A program made the translations under genes and the position numbers. From NCBI GenBank assembly GCA_048882045.1, contig JBHLRZ010000003.1, positions 64,001 to 128,000 of the forward strand: 64,000 bases of DNA, read 5' to 3'. This DNA comes from Candidatus Thorarchaeota archaeon. Lineage in GTDB: Archaea > Asgardarchaeota > Thorarchaeia > Thorarchaeales > Thorarchaeaceae. Every line of letters starts with the position of its first letter. The stretch's first letter is position 1. Shown here one piece after another: positions 40,162 to 49,193 of the stretch. Below the pieces are notes generated by a model that saw only the letters and a list, made by a program, of their open reading frames with translations, was not told the origin of the DNA and searched no databases.

Positions 40162-40464
40162 TTAACGATTGAACGAACTCGAAGGTTGACGCGCAGAAGG
40201 ATCGAAGAATGATGACTGCCCTTTGTTGAAAAGCATCCGAAGCTCCCTAACCTTATCCATATTGACATGGTAGATTGGTTGACGCATGTCAGCAAAGTTT
40301 GGAGTCTTCGTAATGATCTGCTCTCTGACAAGAGTCCTGAGCGCAAAGGAAATGGTTCGAGGTGCTAGATCGACTTTTTCAATCAGGGTCTTTGGAGTCA
40401 TTGGCCCCTCAGAGGTGAGACTGTTAAGTATTATCAATGCACTGTTTGGCAGTTCAATCGTCAT
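40162..40464 (-). CDS. Winged helix-turn-helix protein (paralogue 2)
   Basis: EGPMTPK..DLAPRTISFALRTL..PNFADMRQPIY; tandem paralogue. Confidence 0.82.
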   Translation of the reverse strand: MTIELPNSALIILNSLTSEGPMTPKTLIEKVDLAPRTISFALRTLVREQIITKTPNFADMRQPIYHVNMDKVRELRMLFNKGQSSFFDPSARQPSSSFNR

Positions 40465-40557
40465 CCTAGCACACAATCCGCATACCGAATATCATTTCTT
40501 CAATATAAGGTGTGGTTTCAAAGCATAAATAACTCTGGACATGGATTCAAGATGATT

Positions 40558-41532
40558 ATGGCCAACCGAGTATTCGTCACAAGGAAAATCCCAGAAGAGG
40601 GACTTGATTTAATCTCAAAGATGTATGAGGTTGATGTGTGGACAAATGAAATTCCTCCGACGACTGATGAAATCGCTTCACGTGCATCAGACTGTGTAGG
40701 GGTCATTTCATTGCTTTCAGACAGAATTGATACTGATCTTCTGGCCAGACTACCAAACCTAAAGGTCATAGCACAATATGCGGTTGGATATGATAACATC
40801 AATGTCAAGGAAGCCACACAACGTGGGATTGTTGTTACAAACACTCCTGGTGTACTCACGGAAACAACTGCAGATTTGACTTGGGCATTGATTATGGCCG
40901 CCTCACGTAGACTAGTGGAGGCTGACAAATTTGTGAGAGAAAAGAAGTGGGATGTTGCTTGGGGACCTCAATTCCTCCTTGGATCTGATGTTTATGGTGC
41001 GACATTAGGCATTATAGGACTCGGGAGAATTGGTGAGGCAGTTGCACGACGTGCTTTGGGTTTCAACATGAGAATCCTTTACTTCTCTAGGAAGAGGAAC
41101 GAAGGTCTCGAGAGCGAGTTAGGAGCAATGTATGTAGATCTCCAGACCCTTCTTAGAGAATCAAACATCGTAACACTTCATGTTCCTCTAACAACTGAAA
41201 CGACACACCTGATAGGAGAGGAAGAGTTTAAGCTCATGAAGGAAGATTCTGTCCTAGTGAATACATCGAGAGGGAACGTGGTGGATGAGGATGCCCTCTA
41301 CGATGCACTCAGTACTGGCAAGATTGGAAGTGCTGGACTTGACGTGTTTAGAGAGGAACCAATTCCAAAGGATAGTCCACTGCTCAGATTGGACAACGTT
41401 GTCATTTTACCGCATATTGGTAGTGCAAGTATCAGGACTCGAGTAACAATGTCACGGATGTGCGCAGAGAACCTAATTGCCGCATTGGAGGGGGACCGAC
41501 CGCCCAACATCATTAATCCGGGGGTATTATGA
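40558..41532 (+). CDS. gyaR: Glyoxylate reductase / D-2-hydroxyacid dehydrogenase
   Basis: AVGYDNI, TNTPGVLTETTAD, GLGRIG, NTSRG, LDVF..EP, PHIGSA. Confidence 0.88.
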   Translation: MANRVFVTRKIPEEGLDLISKMYEVDVWTNEIPPTTDEIASRASDCVGVISLLSDRIDTDLLARLPNLKVIAQYAVGYDNINVKEATQRGIVVTNTPGVLTETTADLTWALIMAASRRLVEADKFVREKKWDVAWGPQFLLGSDVYGATLGIIGLGRIGEAVARRALGFNMRILYFSRKRNEGLESELGAMYVDLQTLLRESNIVTLHVPLTTETTHLIGEEEFKLMKEDSVLVNTSRGNVVDEDALYDALSTGKIGSAGLDVFREEPIPKDSPLLRLDNVVILPHIGSASIRTRVTMSRMCAENLIAALEGDRPPNIINPGVL

Positions 41533-42066
41533 TTGAACAGAGAATGTATTGATAGAATAATTTCAAGACAGTCGATAAGAAAATTCACACGTGAACCAAT
41601 TCCTAAATCCACAATCGATGACATTGCAAACATAGGGAGGACAGCTCCTAGTGGAGGAAACCGTCAGCCTTGGAGACTTGTCATTGTGACGAGAAACGAC
41701 CTGAAGAACCAACTGGCTACTGCAGCACTAAATCAGAAGTTTATTGCTGCTGCACCGGTTGTGTATGTAATATGCGCTGTTCCAGAGGAATCTGCTGAGA
41801 GATATGGAAAGAGAGGACGCAAGCTTTACACTCTTCAAGACACAGCTGCAATGACATTGAACATTCTCTATGGTGCGCATCTTCATGGCTATGGTGCATG
41901 TTGGGTTGGAGCCTTTGAAGAGGAGGAAGTTACGCAGGTCCTCAATATCCCCTCAGACATGCGTCCTGTAGCAATGGTTCCAGTGGGTAGAATCGACGGA
42001 AATCTCCCAACTTTAAGGGGTCGTAAAAGCCTCTCCGAAATCGTCGTGAGGGAACGGTTCGAATAA
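41533..42066 (+). CDS. Nitroreductase family protein
   Basis: RQSIRKF, APSGGNRQPW, GYGACWVG. Confidence 0.92.
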   Translation: MNRECIDRIISRQSIRKFTREPIPKSTIDDIANIGRTAPSGGNRQPWRLVIVTRNDLKNQLATAALNQKFIAAAPVVYVICAVPEESAERYGKRGRKLYTLQDTAAMTLNILYGAHLHGYGACWVGAFEEEEVTQVLNIPSDMRPVAMVPVGRIDGNLPTLRGRKSLSEIVVRERFE

Positions 42067-42163
42067 GTCAAAGATTCATTCCAGATTATGCTTCACATTA
42101 TAAAACGCGGAATAAAGGTGCCCAGATTGCACTAGAGTTCCTATATTTCAAAAATAGGAAGGG

Positions 42164-42183
42164 ATGGAGGCCGAAGCCTCCAT
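42164..42183 (-). terminator. C(UUCG)G tetraloop hairpin terminator downstream of the giant S8 gene
   Basis: Minus strand ATGGAGGC-TTCG-GCCTCCAT followed by CCCTTCCTATTTTT. Confidence 0.7.
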
Positions 42184-42216
42184 TTTCCGTTAAACTATAG
42201 CAACAACTCTATTGCT

Positions 42217-45200
42217 CTACCGCTTCCTGATTAGGAAGAGTATGAGTAGAATCACTACTCCGACGCCAATACCGCCAAGGAGTCCGATCAACAGTGGATC
42301 GATTCCTACAGTTGTTGGTCCAGTCGGTGTTGTAGTGGTAACAGGTGGAGTCGTTGTTGTGGTCGGTGTCGGTGGCAGGACATTTCCAGCCTCGAACGTG
42401 CCGCTCATATCGTCAGCAAACAAACCAGGCCAGTAGGACAATGGTGGAGCAATGGCTCCATCCACACCTGCTGGATAGGTATGGTCGTTGTCATAGACAC
42501 GAACCATGTAGATGTAGTCTTCAATGAGCCAGCCATCCGAGTCCCAGACAAAGAACGTTTCCGTTATGTTCTGTATGACCAGCTGGAACGTATTACCTCC
42601 GTCAGAACTCACCCACACGCTGAAGTACAACGTGTCAGCAGCGTTGCCATCGTCAGCCGTCCATGTGAAGTTGAAGGTATCACCACCCAAATCAATCGCG
42701 TCATTGACGGTGATTGTTGGAGTGTAGAAGTTTTCAAACCTCAACATGCCGACCTCCAATGTCCAAGCGACATCGGTGTCAGTCCAGATATACAGGAACA
42801 CAGTGAAATTGACGTTCCTCTCGAACTGGTAGGTGTCGTATGTGGTGTATGCTGTATCAGCGACTTCGTTGTTGATGTCGATTGACACTCTGGAGTCGAC
42901 TGTCAGTGAATATGGAGCTCCTGCGCCAGGATAGGCCCAGTCCCAACAGAACACTCTGATAGCGATGCTACCTGAGGCAGGTGCGGTGAACACACCAGAC
43001 TCAACTGCACCACCACCACCGTTGTCAACTGACAGTAATGCACCACTTGTTAACTCAGTTGCGTAGTCCACGAGACCATCTGCATTAAGGTCATCCCACA
43101 TGTAGACATCAAATGATGGGTCTGCACCATTTTGAGCGTCGAGTGTGACAGTTGTGATGTCATCAATAGCAACGCCGTTTACGGTTTCCCAAACATAGAG
43201 ATCAGTAGCACTAAGTGGGATGGGCCATGCATCTGTACCCTGTGGGTCAGCGTAGGTACCAGTGTCGACCTCATACAGACCGCTCAGGAATGACACTCGT
43301 GAGGCTGCGATTGAGGAGTACTCAGGCAAGCCTGCTACGGGTGCAATATCCCATGTGCTGTTTAGCACGATATGATCTCCCGTCAGGATCTGACCACCAG
43401 AGATGGCAGTCGGAGTCGGGTTATCAATAGCAGTCCATGTGAAGGAATCAACTGCATCAGCTAGAGCAGTTGGTCCATACAACTGGAACTCAATTCGGAT
43501 GTCTTCGGGTACATCTGCACCATCAAACACGTGAATATTGTACTCGAACCAGTAGGTTCCATTGATCAGATGTCCAGGATCCCAGATAATGGTGTTTTTC
43601 AGGGGTTCAGTTGGATTCGGATCGAATGGACGACCACCGTCATCAGTAGTTGGCATTCCAGTGGTTGAACCAGTCTCTGTTCTCAGAGCAAAGTCTACGA
43701 CTGTACCTGGGTTCTGCCACGAAGCCCTCATGACGAGGACTGATGCGTTCAGTGCTTTGACGTATGGAATGTTGACGTGGAATGTTGTGAAACCACCGCC
43801 ATCCTGAGTACTGGTTGTACCAGGAGTGAAGCAGGTTACCGCAGTGTTCGTATCGTATGGAGTTGTCTCAGGATCAGTAGCGCCATCGACGAGGACCATT
43901 ACCTCACCTTCGGCACCGGTCATATCAAACTCGACAGTGTATGAGTATGGAATCTCGTGAGTCCATGCTCCATCAGCGAATGTGATTGAACCCTGGTGTA
44001 CTCCATATTCCGCATTGACAGGAACAGTCAGTGTTGCATTGATCACACCTGCAGAAAAGTCTGCAAGGTTGATTTCAGATGTTGTCGACTTCTGCCAGAC
44101 TTGGATTGTCACATCAACAGTGACACCAGTTGCACCAAACAGCACAAGTGTTGGACTACCAGTGAAGTAGGTTCCCATTGTTAGTGGACTAGCAACCCTC
44201 ATGGTTCGAAGGTTGGGTCTATCACTTCTCTGGACATAAATGAGAGTGTCTCCGTGAGTTCCATTCCACCAGTTCAGTTCAGGACCAGTCTGTAGATCCA
44301 CGTAGTCGTCAGTCCAGTCGAACAGACGTGCAGATCCGACTGATTCGGAGGCATCATATGCAATCTGAATTGTTACATATTCTGCAAGATCGAAACCAGT
44401 CTGTTGTGGACCAGTCATGTTGTTGTATAGGTTGAAGAAACCATTTGTCGTTGCATTGTTCAACGTGTCGTTGTAGGTGTAACCTGTCAACGAGAACGTG
44501 AACTTGTCAGCCTCGGTGTAGTACCATGGCTGAGGTGCGGCACTGAAGGAGCCAAGAGTAGCACCAGTACCTGCAAAGTCCTCAATGTTCATTGTGACTT
44601 CCTTGACTTCTCCACGAGTCACAGTACCATAGAAGAGACTGCTTGATTCAAGACCGCCCGGTGTGAGCAGTGTTGGATCATGACCGTAGTAGATGTCGTC
44701 GAATGGTGCCCAATCAGCAACCCAGTATGCCCATGAGTCGGCAATCTGGTCGCCATAGTTCTCGAAGCTTTCTGTTTCGAAGATGTATTCTCCGGTAGCA
44801 CTAGCCGCGACAGCTGCACAGGCTGCTTCAGCGTTGACAAAGCCATGACCTTGTACTAGTGGGTCGTAACCCATGTCTGTAGCAGTGGACAGAAGTATGT
44901 CTTTTGTCCTCTGTGGATCAAAGTTGTTGCCTGCGTCCATGATGAGAGCAGCAACACCTGCAGCAATGGGACAAGACAAGCTTGTTCCAGACCACCATAG
45001 GTATGTGTCACCAGCTTCAAGCCAATCATTCTCAGAGGGTTCTGGACTGTATCCGAACATACCAGGAGCCATTACATCTGGCTTGACGAAGCCAGCGTAA
45101 GCAGGTCCTGTAGCCGTGAAGAGTGCTTGCTGATGATGTGGCTGATACGGGCCGTAAGAGTCTACATACAATTGGTTGGACATTGTTGCACCGACTGAAA

Positions 45201-47070
45201 CTACTGAGTAGGTTCCACCAGGTGTACCCATTGAGCCATAGTCAATGCCTTCATTTCCAGCCGAGAAGAACATGAGTACTCCAGGATAGCCAGTTGCCAA
45301 TACATCAGGTATTGATGCAAGGTCATAGACCATTGAGTAGATTCTCAGTTGTAGATACATACCACCTGGACCCCAACCCCAAGAGTTGGAAACCATGTGT
45401 GCTCTGTGGAATGGACCATCTCCAATGTACTCCCAATAGCCAGAGGTCTCATTCAGTGTGAAGCCCATACACCACACTTGTGATCCAAGGTCTCCAGCTG
45501 ATGTGATTCCTTTAGATGCGATTATCTTCGCACCCGGAGCTATACCCTTCAGGTAATAGAGAGTACCATTTTCATAGACGTCATGACCGAAAGTACCGGC
45601 AGATGCAATTGCTGCAGCAGTCCAGTGACCGTGGTCAGTGTCGGTTGTGAACATTGCGTTCCAGACCATACCATCATCGGTGATACCGAAGAAGAGGCCA
45701 GGATCTTCAGCCAAGTAACCGTCACCGTCGTATGCCCAGCTCAGTGAACCAAGGGATACATCGATTTCAGGATCTGCATCTACATTAGCCATCAGGATGT
45801 TGTTGTCCTTATTGAAGATGTAGCCATCGTTATAGTCATCGACGAAGCTCCAGTCCATCATTCCAGTGATCAGGTTTCTGTCAGCAGTTGTGTTAAGATC
45901 GATCTCCCAAGCCGCATAGGATGCAGAAACTTGTGAGCGGATAGCCCAATTCCACATTCTGGTCCATGCGAGTGTACCGTTCCAGTCAATGACTAGATCT
46001 CCATCATAGATCATTGAAGGAGCGAATACCTTGGCATATCCATCGATCTTCTGCTGGAATGCCCAACCAAATGTGTAGTTGGTTCCAGGAGCAGGAGCAG
46101 GAATTTCCCAGTCCTTCCACATCTCATGGTAGACGAACTCGGAAACGTTGTTTCCACCCCAAGCCCATTCATAGAGACCGATGAACCCGATGTTGTTACC
46201 GTATGGATATCCGTCACCATATGGAGGTGCAAGACCCATGAGGCTCCTGTGACTGCCTTCGTTGTTACAGACTGGATCCCAACCAGTTGTATTTAGGTAG
46301 TATTTTCCACCCATCTCATAGGTTAGTAGATGACCTGCTTCAAGCCATGCAGTTGCATTGTTATCGGGAACAACTGTATAGTTTGCGATTACCATCTCTG
46401 TTAAGCCCATGCTTGATGGATCGTAAGACATCGGATAACTACCATTATAGTATTCTGCGTTCCTCATGTCTTCTTGGCTGAAGTCGACACCAGAGTCGAC
46501 TACACCCGCGATAACACCAGTTCCATCATAACCAGAAGCAATAGTTCCAGTAGCACCTACGAGATCTCTAATGTAGAACATATCTGGCTGAGTTATTTCA
46601 GCCAAGTTCATACTTGGTTCAGGTTCTAGGAAATAGTCCGCCTGGATGTACTGAATGTCATCCATAGCGACAAGCTGTTTCATTGCTGCTATTGAACTAA
46701 CAGAAATTGATGCGACCTTCACAAGTTTGAAGTCCACCTTCCACATGACATTTGCTACACTATCGAGTGCAGCATCATCGAAAGATGGTGGAAGATACAC
46801 CAACAGCTTTGTGGAACCATCTCTAGTGGTGTCCACACTAGAATCCAATATACCTGTTTCAATATAGGATGTGATTACTGGATCTACTTTCTCCAACACC
46901 GGTTCGTCTAAAATGCGCTGAGCCCATTTCTCGACGAAATCCTGTTCATAATTTGTTGGAGCTGCTACCTGGGAATTAACGGAGGCGAATGGTGTGATTG
47001 GTACAAACAGCGCGCTTGTAATGAACACACCAATTAAGAGCATAACCGCAGTTTTTCTCAGGTTATTCAT
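42217..47070 (-). CDS. Very large secreted, C-terminally anchored S8 (subtilisin-like) serine protease
   Basis: Signal peptide; VVDSG (Asp), DHGHWTA (His), AGNEG (Asn), SGTSLSCP (Ser); Thr/Pro linker plus TM plus RKR. Confidence 0.88.
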   Translation of the reverse strand: MNNLRKTAVMLLIGVFITSALFVPITPFASVNSQVAAPTNYEQDFVEKWAQRILDEPVLEKVDPVITSYIETGILDSSVDTTRDGSTKLLVYLPPSFDDAALDSVANVMWKVDFKLVKVASISVSSIAAMKQLVAMDDIQYIQADYFLEPEPSMNLAEITQPDMFYIRDLVGATGTIASGYDGTGVIAGVVDSGVDFSQEDMRNAEYYNGSYPMSYDPSSMGLTEMVIANYTVVPDNNATAWLEAGHLLTYEMGGKYYLNTTGWDPVCNNEGSHRSLMGLAPPYGDGYPYGNNIGFIGLYEWAWGGNNVSEFVYHEMWKDWEIPAPAPGTNYTFGWAFQQKIDGYAKVFAPSMIYDGDLVIDWNGTLAWTRMWNWAIRSQVSASYAAWEIDLNTTADRNLITGMMDWSFVDDYNDGYIFNKDNNILMANVDADPEIDVSLGSLSWAYDGDGYLAEDPGLFFGITDDGMVWNAMFTTDTDHGHWTAAAIASAGTFGHDVYENGTLYYLKGIAPGAKIIASKGITSAGDLGSQVWCMGFTLNETSGYWEYIGDGPFHRAHMVSNSWGWGPGGMYLQLRIYSMVYDLASIPDVLATGYPGVLMFFSAGNEGIDYGSMGTPGGTYSVVSVGATMSNQLYVDSYGPYQPHHQQALFTATGPAYAGFVKPDVMAPGMFGYSPEPSENDWLEAGDTYLWWSGTSLSCPIAAGVAALIMDAGNNFDPQRTKDILLSTATDMGYDPLVQGHGFVNAEAACAAVAASATGEYIFETESFENYGDQIADSWAYWVADWAPFDDIYYGHDPTLLTPGGLESSSLFYGTVTRGEVKEVTMNIEDFAGTGATLGSFSAAPQPWYYTEADKFTFSLTGYTYNDTLNNATTNGFFNLYNNMTGPQQTGFDLAEYVTIQIAYDASESVGSARLFDWTDDYVDLQTGPELNWWNGTHGDTLIYVQRSDRPNLRTMRVASPLTMGTYFTGSPTLVLFGATGVTVDVTIQVWQKSTTSEINLADFSAGVINATLTVPVNAEYGVHQGSITFADGAWTHEIPYSYTVEFDMTGAEGEVMVLVDGATDPETTPYDTNTAVTCFTPGTTSTQDGGGFTTFHVNIPYVKALNASVLVMRASWQNPGTVVDFALRTETGSTTGMPTTDDGGRPFDPNPTEPLKNTIIWDPGHLINGTYWFEYNIHVFDGADVPEDIRIEFQLYGPTALADAVDSFTWTAIDNPTPTAISGGQILTGDHIVLNSTWDIAPVAGLPEYSSIAASRVSFLSGLYEVDTGTYADPQGTDAWPIPLSATDLYVWETVNGVAIDDITTVTLDAQNGADPSFDVYMWDDLNADGLVDYATELTSGALLSVDNGGGGAVESGVFTAPASGSIAIRVFCWDWAYPGAGAPYSLTVDSRVSIDINNEVADTAYTTYDTYQFERNVNFTVFLYIWTDTDVAWTLEVGMLRFENFYTPTITVNDAIDLGGDTFNFTWTADDGNAADTLYFSVWVSSDGGNTFQLVIQNITETFFVWDSDGWLIEDYIYMVRVYDNDHTYPAGVDGAIAPPLSYWPGLFADDMSGTFEAGNVLPPTPTTTTTPPVTTTTPTGPTTVGIDPLLIGLLGGIGVGVVILLILFLIRKR

Positions 47071-47122
47071 TTTTCGTTTTTCTCCTCACATTTTCAATGG
47101 AGAACAACAAGTCTAGAGAGCT

Positions 47123-47155
47123 TCAATCCGCATTGATGGCATCTACTAGACGCAT
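47123..47155 (-). promoter_or_regulatory. Putative uORF (MRLVDAINAD) within a structured leader of the S8 gene
   Basis: GGAGG five nt upstream of the ATG; overlaps a long hairpin. Confidence 0.45.
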
Positions 47156-47504
47156 AAAAACCTCCAAAAACTGACCAAGTGTTGATCAGTTGTGTCTCCT
47201 CTAAGCGTTCTCCACGGGTTGTGATTAACAATCGCGAGAGAAGCTGTCTCTATTAAGGATTGTGCAAGAAATGTACTAGAACAGACCGTTCATTTTCCTT
47301 CGTAACCCGATATGCAGGACTGGACACTTCAGAAGGAGTAAAAAGGTTCTCATAACCGTTTTTTCCGCTCAAATAGAGATATATCTCCTCAAAAGCGCTC
47401 TATGTGTACCCAAATACACCACATGCTTGATTATTTATCAAATTGATGGAAATCTCAACTGTTTTTGAAAGTTTGATATGAGGAGCTTATGAGATTCAGA
47501 TATT

Positions 47505-48590
47505 CTATGGCTCACGAACTGTCTTCTTTATTGTATCAACGATCTCATTCACCATGATGATGGCACCAATCATCTCGATCTTAGGTTCCTCACCATGAGT
47601 GTCACCCACCTCTCTTGATACTCTAGTCATTGATCGTCCCAGACTCTCAATCAGCGTGACGAGTGCTTTCTTAGCTCCCTCATCCTTGCTACTTGATTCA
47701 ACCTGTGAAATCAACTCAACAAGATCAGATATCACACTGTCAGAAACTTCTGTGGCGGCCTCGGCTCTTCTTCCAAGATCCTCCCAGCGTGTCTGGGCTT
47801 CCTTCAACTTACTGGACAGCTCAGGGACAATACCATGGTCTGCTGCTGAAGGTGGTATTCCTGCTGCTGCAATGCGAAGGTCTGAAATCTCAGACTCCAG
47901 TGATGCAATGAGATGGTCCTTCATCTTCAACTGCTCAGCCATCCCTTCATCTGTGGCAGCCACAGGTGCACCCTTTGATTTCAACTGCTCTTCCATAAGA
48001 GCAATCGATTTCTCACGTTCAGCGACTTCAGCCTTGATAGTATCGAGCTCGCTTGACAAGGAGGTCAGTCTATCTTCTTTCTCTGTAACAAACTCATTGA
48101 GCCGTTTATTTTCAACCTCTAGTTTCTTGATGTCGCCCTTTACAGTCTTCGACTCCTGTTGCGCTTCCTTGAGCTCTTCCTTGAGCCTGGTCAAGTCTGG
48201 ATCGGGTGGAGAAATGACGAAGTATGCCATGAGGCTTAAAATCGCAGTGAATGCAATGACATACACAAGAGAGTAGAGAATTGACCCGAAGAAGAAATCG
48301 GTCAGTAGTTGTAGTCCGTTAATGAATGTAGTCCATGATCCAAAACCAAGCATACCACCCAGGCTGGCATAGATGACCGCTATGACTGCAATAGCAAAAC
48401 TTAGAGTACCTATGAGTATCATCAGATTTCGCTTCATGCTCGTCCGGACGAGGTGTCTTTGATAGAAAAGTAGCAAAACTCCAAGTGTGATCATCGGGAG
48501 CACATAAGGTAGAGAGGCAACAATGTCATCCATAGGGAGTTCGAAAGTTACCAGCATCTCAAGCTGGGCTGGTGTGATGGGACTTGTCAT
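47505..48590 (-). CDS. Membrane protein with three N-terminal TMs and a long coiled coil
   Basis: Hydrophobic N-terminal third, then E/K-rich heptads. Confidence 0.75.
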   Translation of the reverse strand: MTSPITPAQLEMLVTFELPMDDIVASLPYVLPMITLGVLLLFYQRHLVRTSMKRNLMILIGTLSFAIAVIAVIYASLGGMLGFGSWTTFINGLQLLTDFFFGSILYSLVYVIAFTAILSLMAYFVISPPDPDLTRLKEELKEAQQESKTVKGDIKKLEVENKRLNEFVTEKEDRLTSLSSELDTIKAEVAEREKSIALMEEQLKSKGAPVAATDEGMAEQLKMKDHLIASLESEISDLRIAAAGIPPSAADHGIVPELSSKLKEAQTRWEDLGRRAEAATEVSDSVISDLVELISQVESSSKDEGAKKALVTLIESLGRSMTRVSREVGDTHGEEPKIEMIGAIIMVNEIVDTIKKTVREP

Positions 48591-48674
48591 GTGGAATCCT
48601 CCTTGTGACGCAAAAACCAATGACAACTTGAAGGATAAAACTATTCTCTGTGTGTAACAAGAAAGAGAATGAGG

Positions 48675-48702
48675 ACTGTCCGAAACAAATCAGGCGGACA
48701 GT
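48675..48702 (-). terminator. Inverted repeat downstream of the 48718-49005 gene
   Basis: ACTGTCCG...CGGACAGT, followed on the minus strand by CCTCATTCTCTTTC. Confidence 0.5.
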
Positions 48703-48717
48703 TTCCTACTGTCTTTA

Positions 48718-49005
48718 CTACTCTCTCCACATTGCGGCTTTCTCAGCCTCGTGATCTGTCACGATGATGTCCAACGCCTTGACAAGTCGCGCAGCTTCTT
48801 CTATCGAGAGAAGGAAGGATCCTTTGATGTCGCGATCTTCACCAATTGAGAGTCGAACCTTACCATCGTTTACCCAACCTTCCTCTGCCTTTTCAGGAAG
48901 CTTGAATTGGAGCTCTAACCAGGTCCTTCTGGTTTCTTTAGACTCGCGATCTTCGAAGAAGTGTTTCAACTGAAGGCGTCGCTCGTAAGCGTATTTGGCA
49001 CCCAT
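48718..49005 (-). CDS. Small hypothetical soluble protein
   Basis: 95-aa ORF with protein-like composition and a downstream hairpin. Confidence 0.7.
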   Translation of the reverse strand: MGAKYAYERRLQLKHFFEDRESKETRRTWLELQFKLPEKAEEGWVNDGKVRLSIGEDRDIKGSFLLSIEEAARLVKALDIIVTDHEAEKAAMWRE

Positions 49006-49193
49006 TTTCTTAATTCACTCCGTTCTTGGGCAGACTATATGTCCTGCCCTCACCATACTATCATCGCGAACCGATTTACGCCCGTCTCTCGGAGTTTCCG
49101 AGCTAGATGGCTCAGCTCATGCAGTGCATGATAGCACTCAAGAAAAGCCTTATCTTAACTCCAGAGGTCGTTGGCGAGGAAGGACTTCGCACA

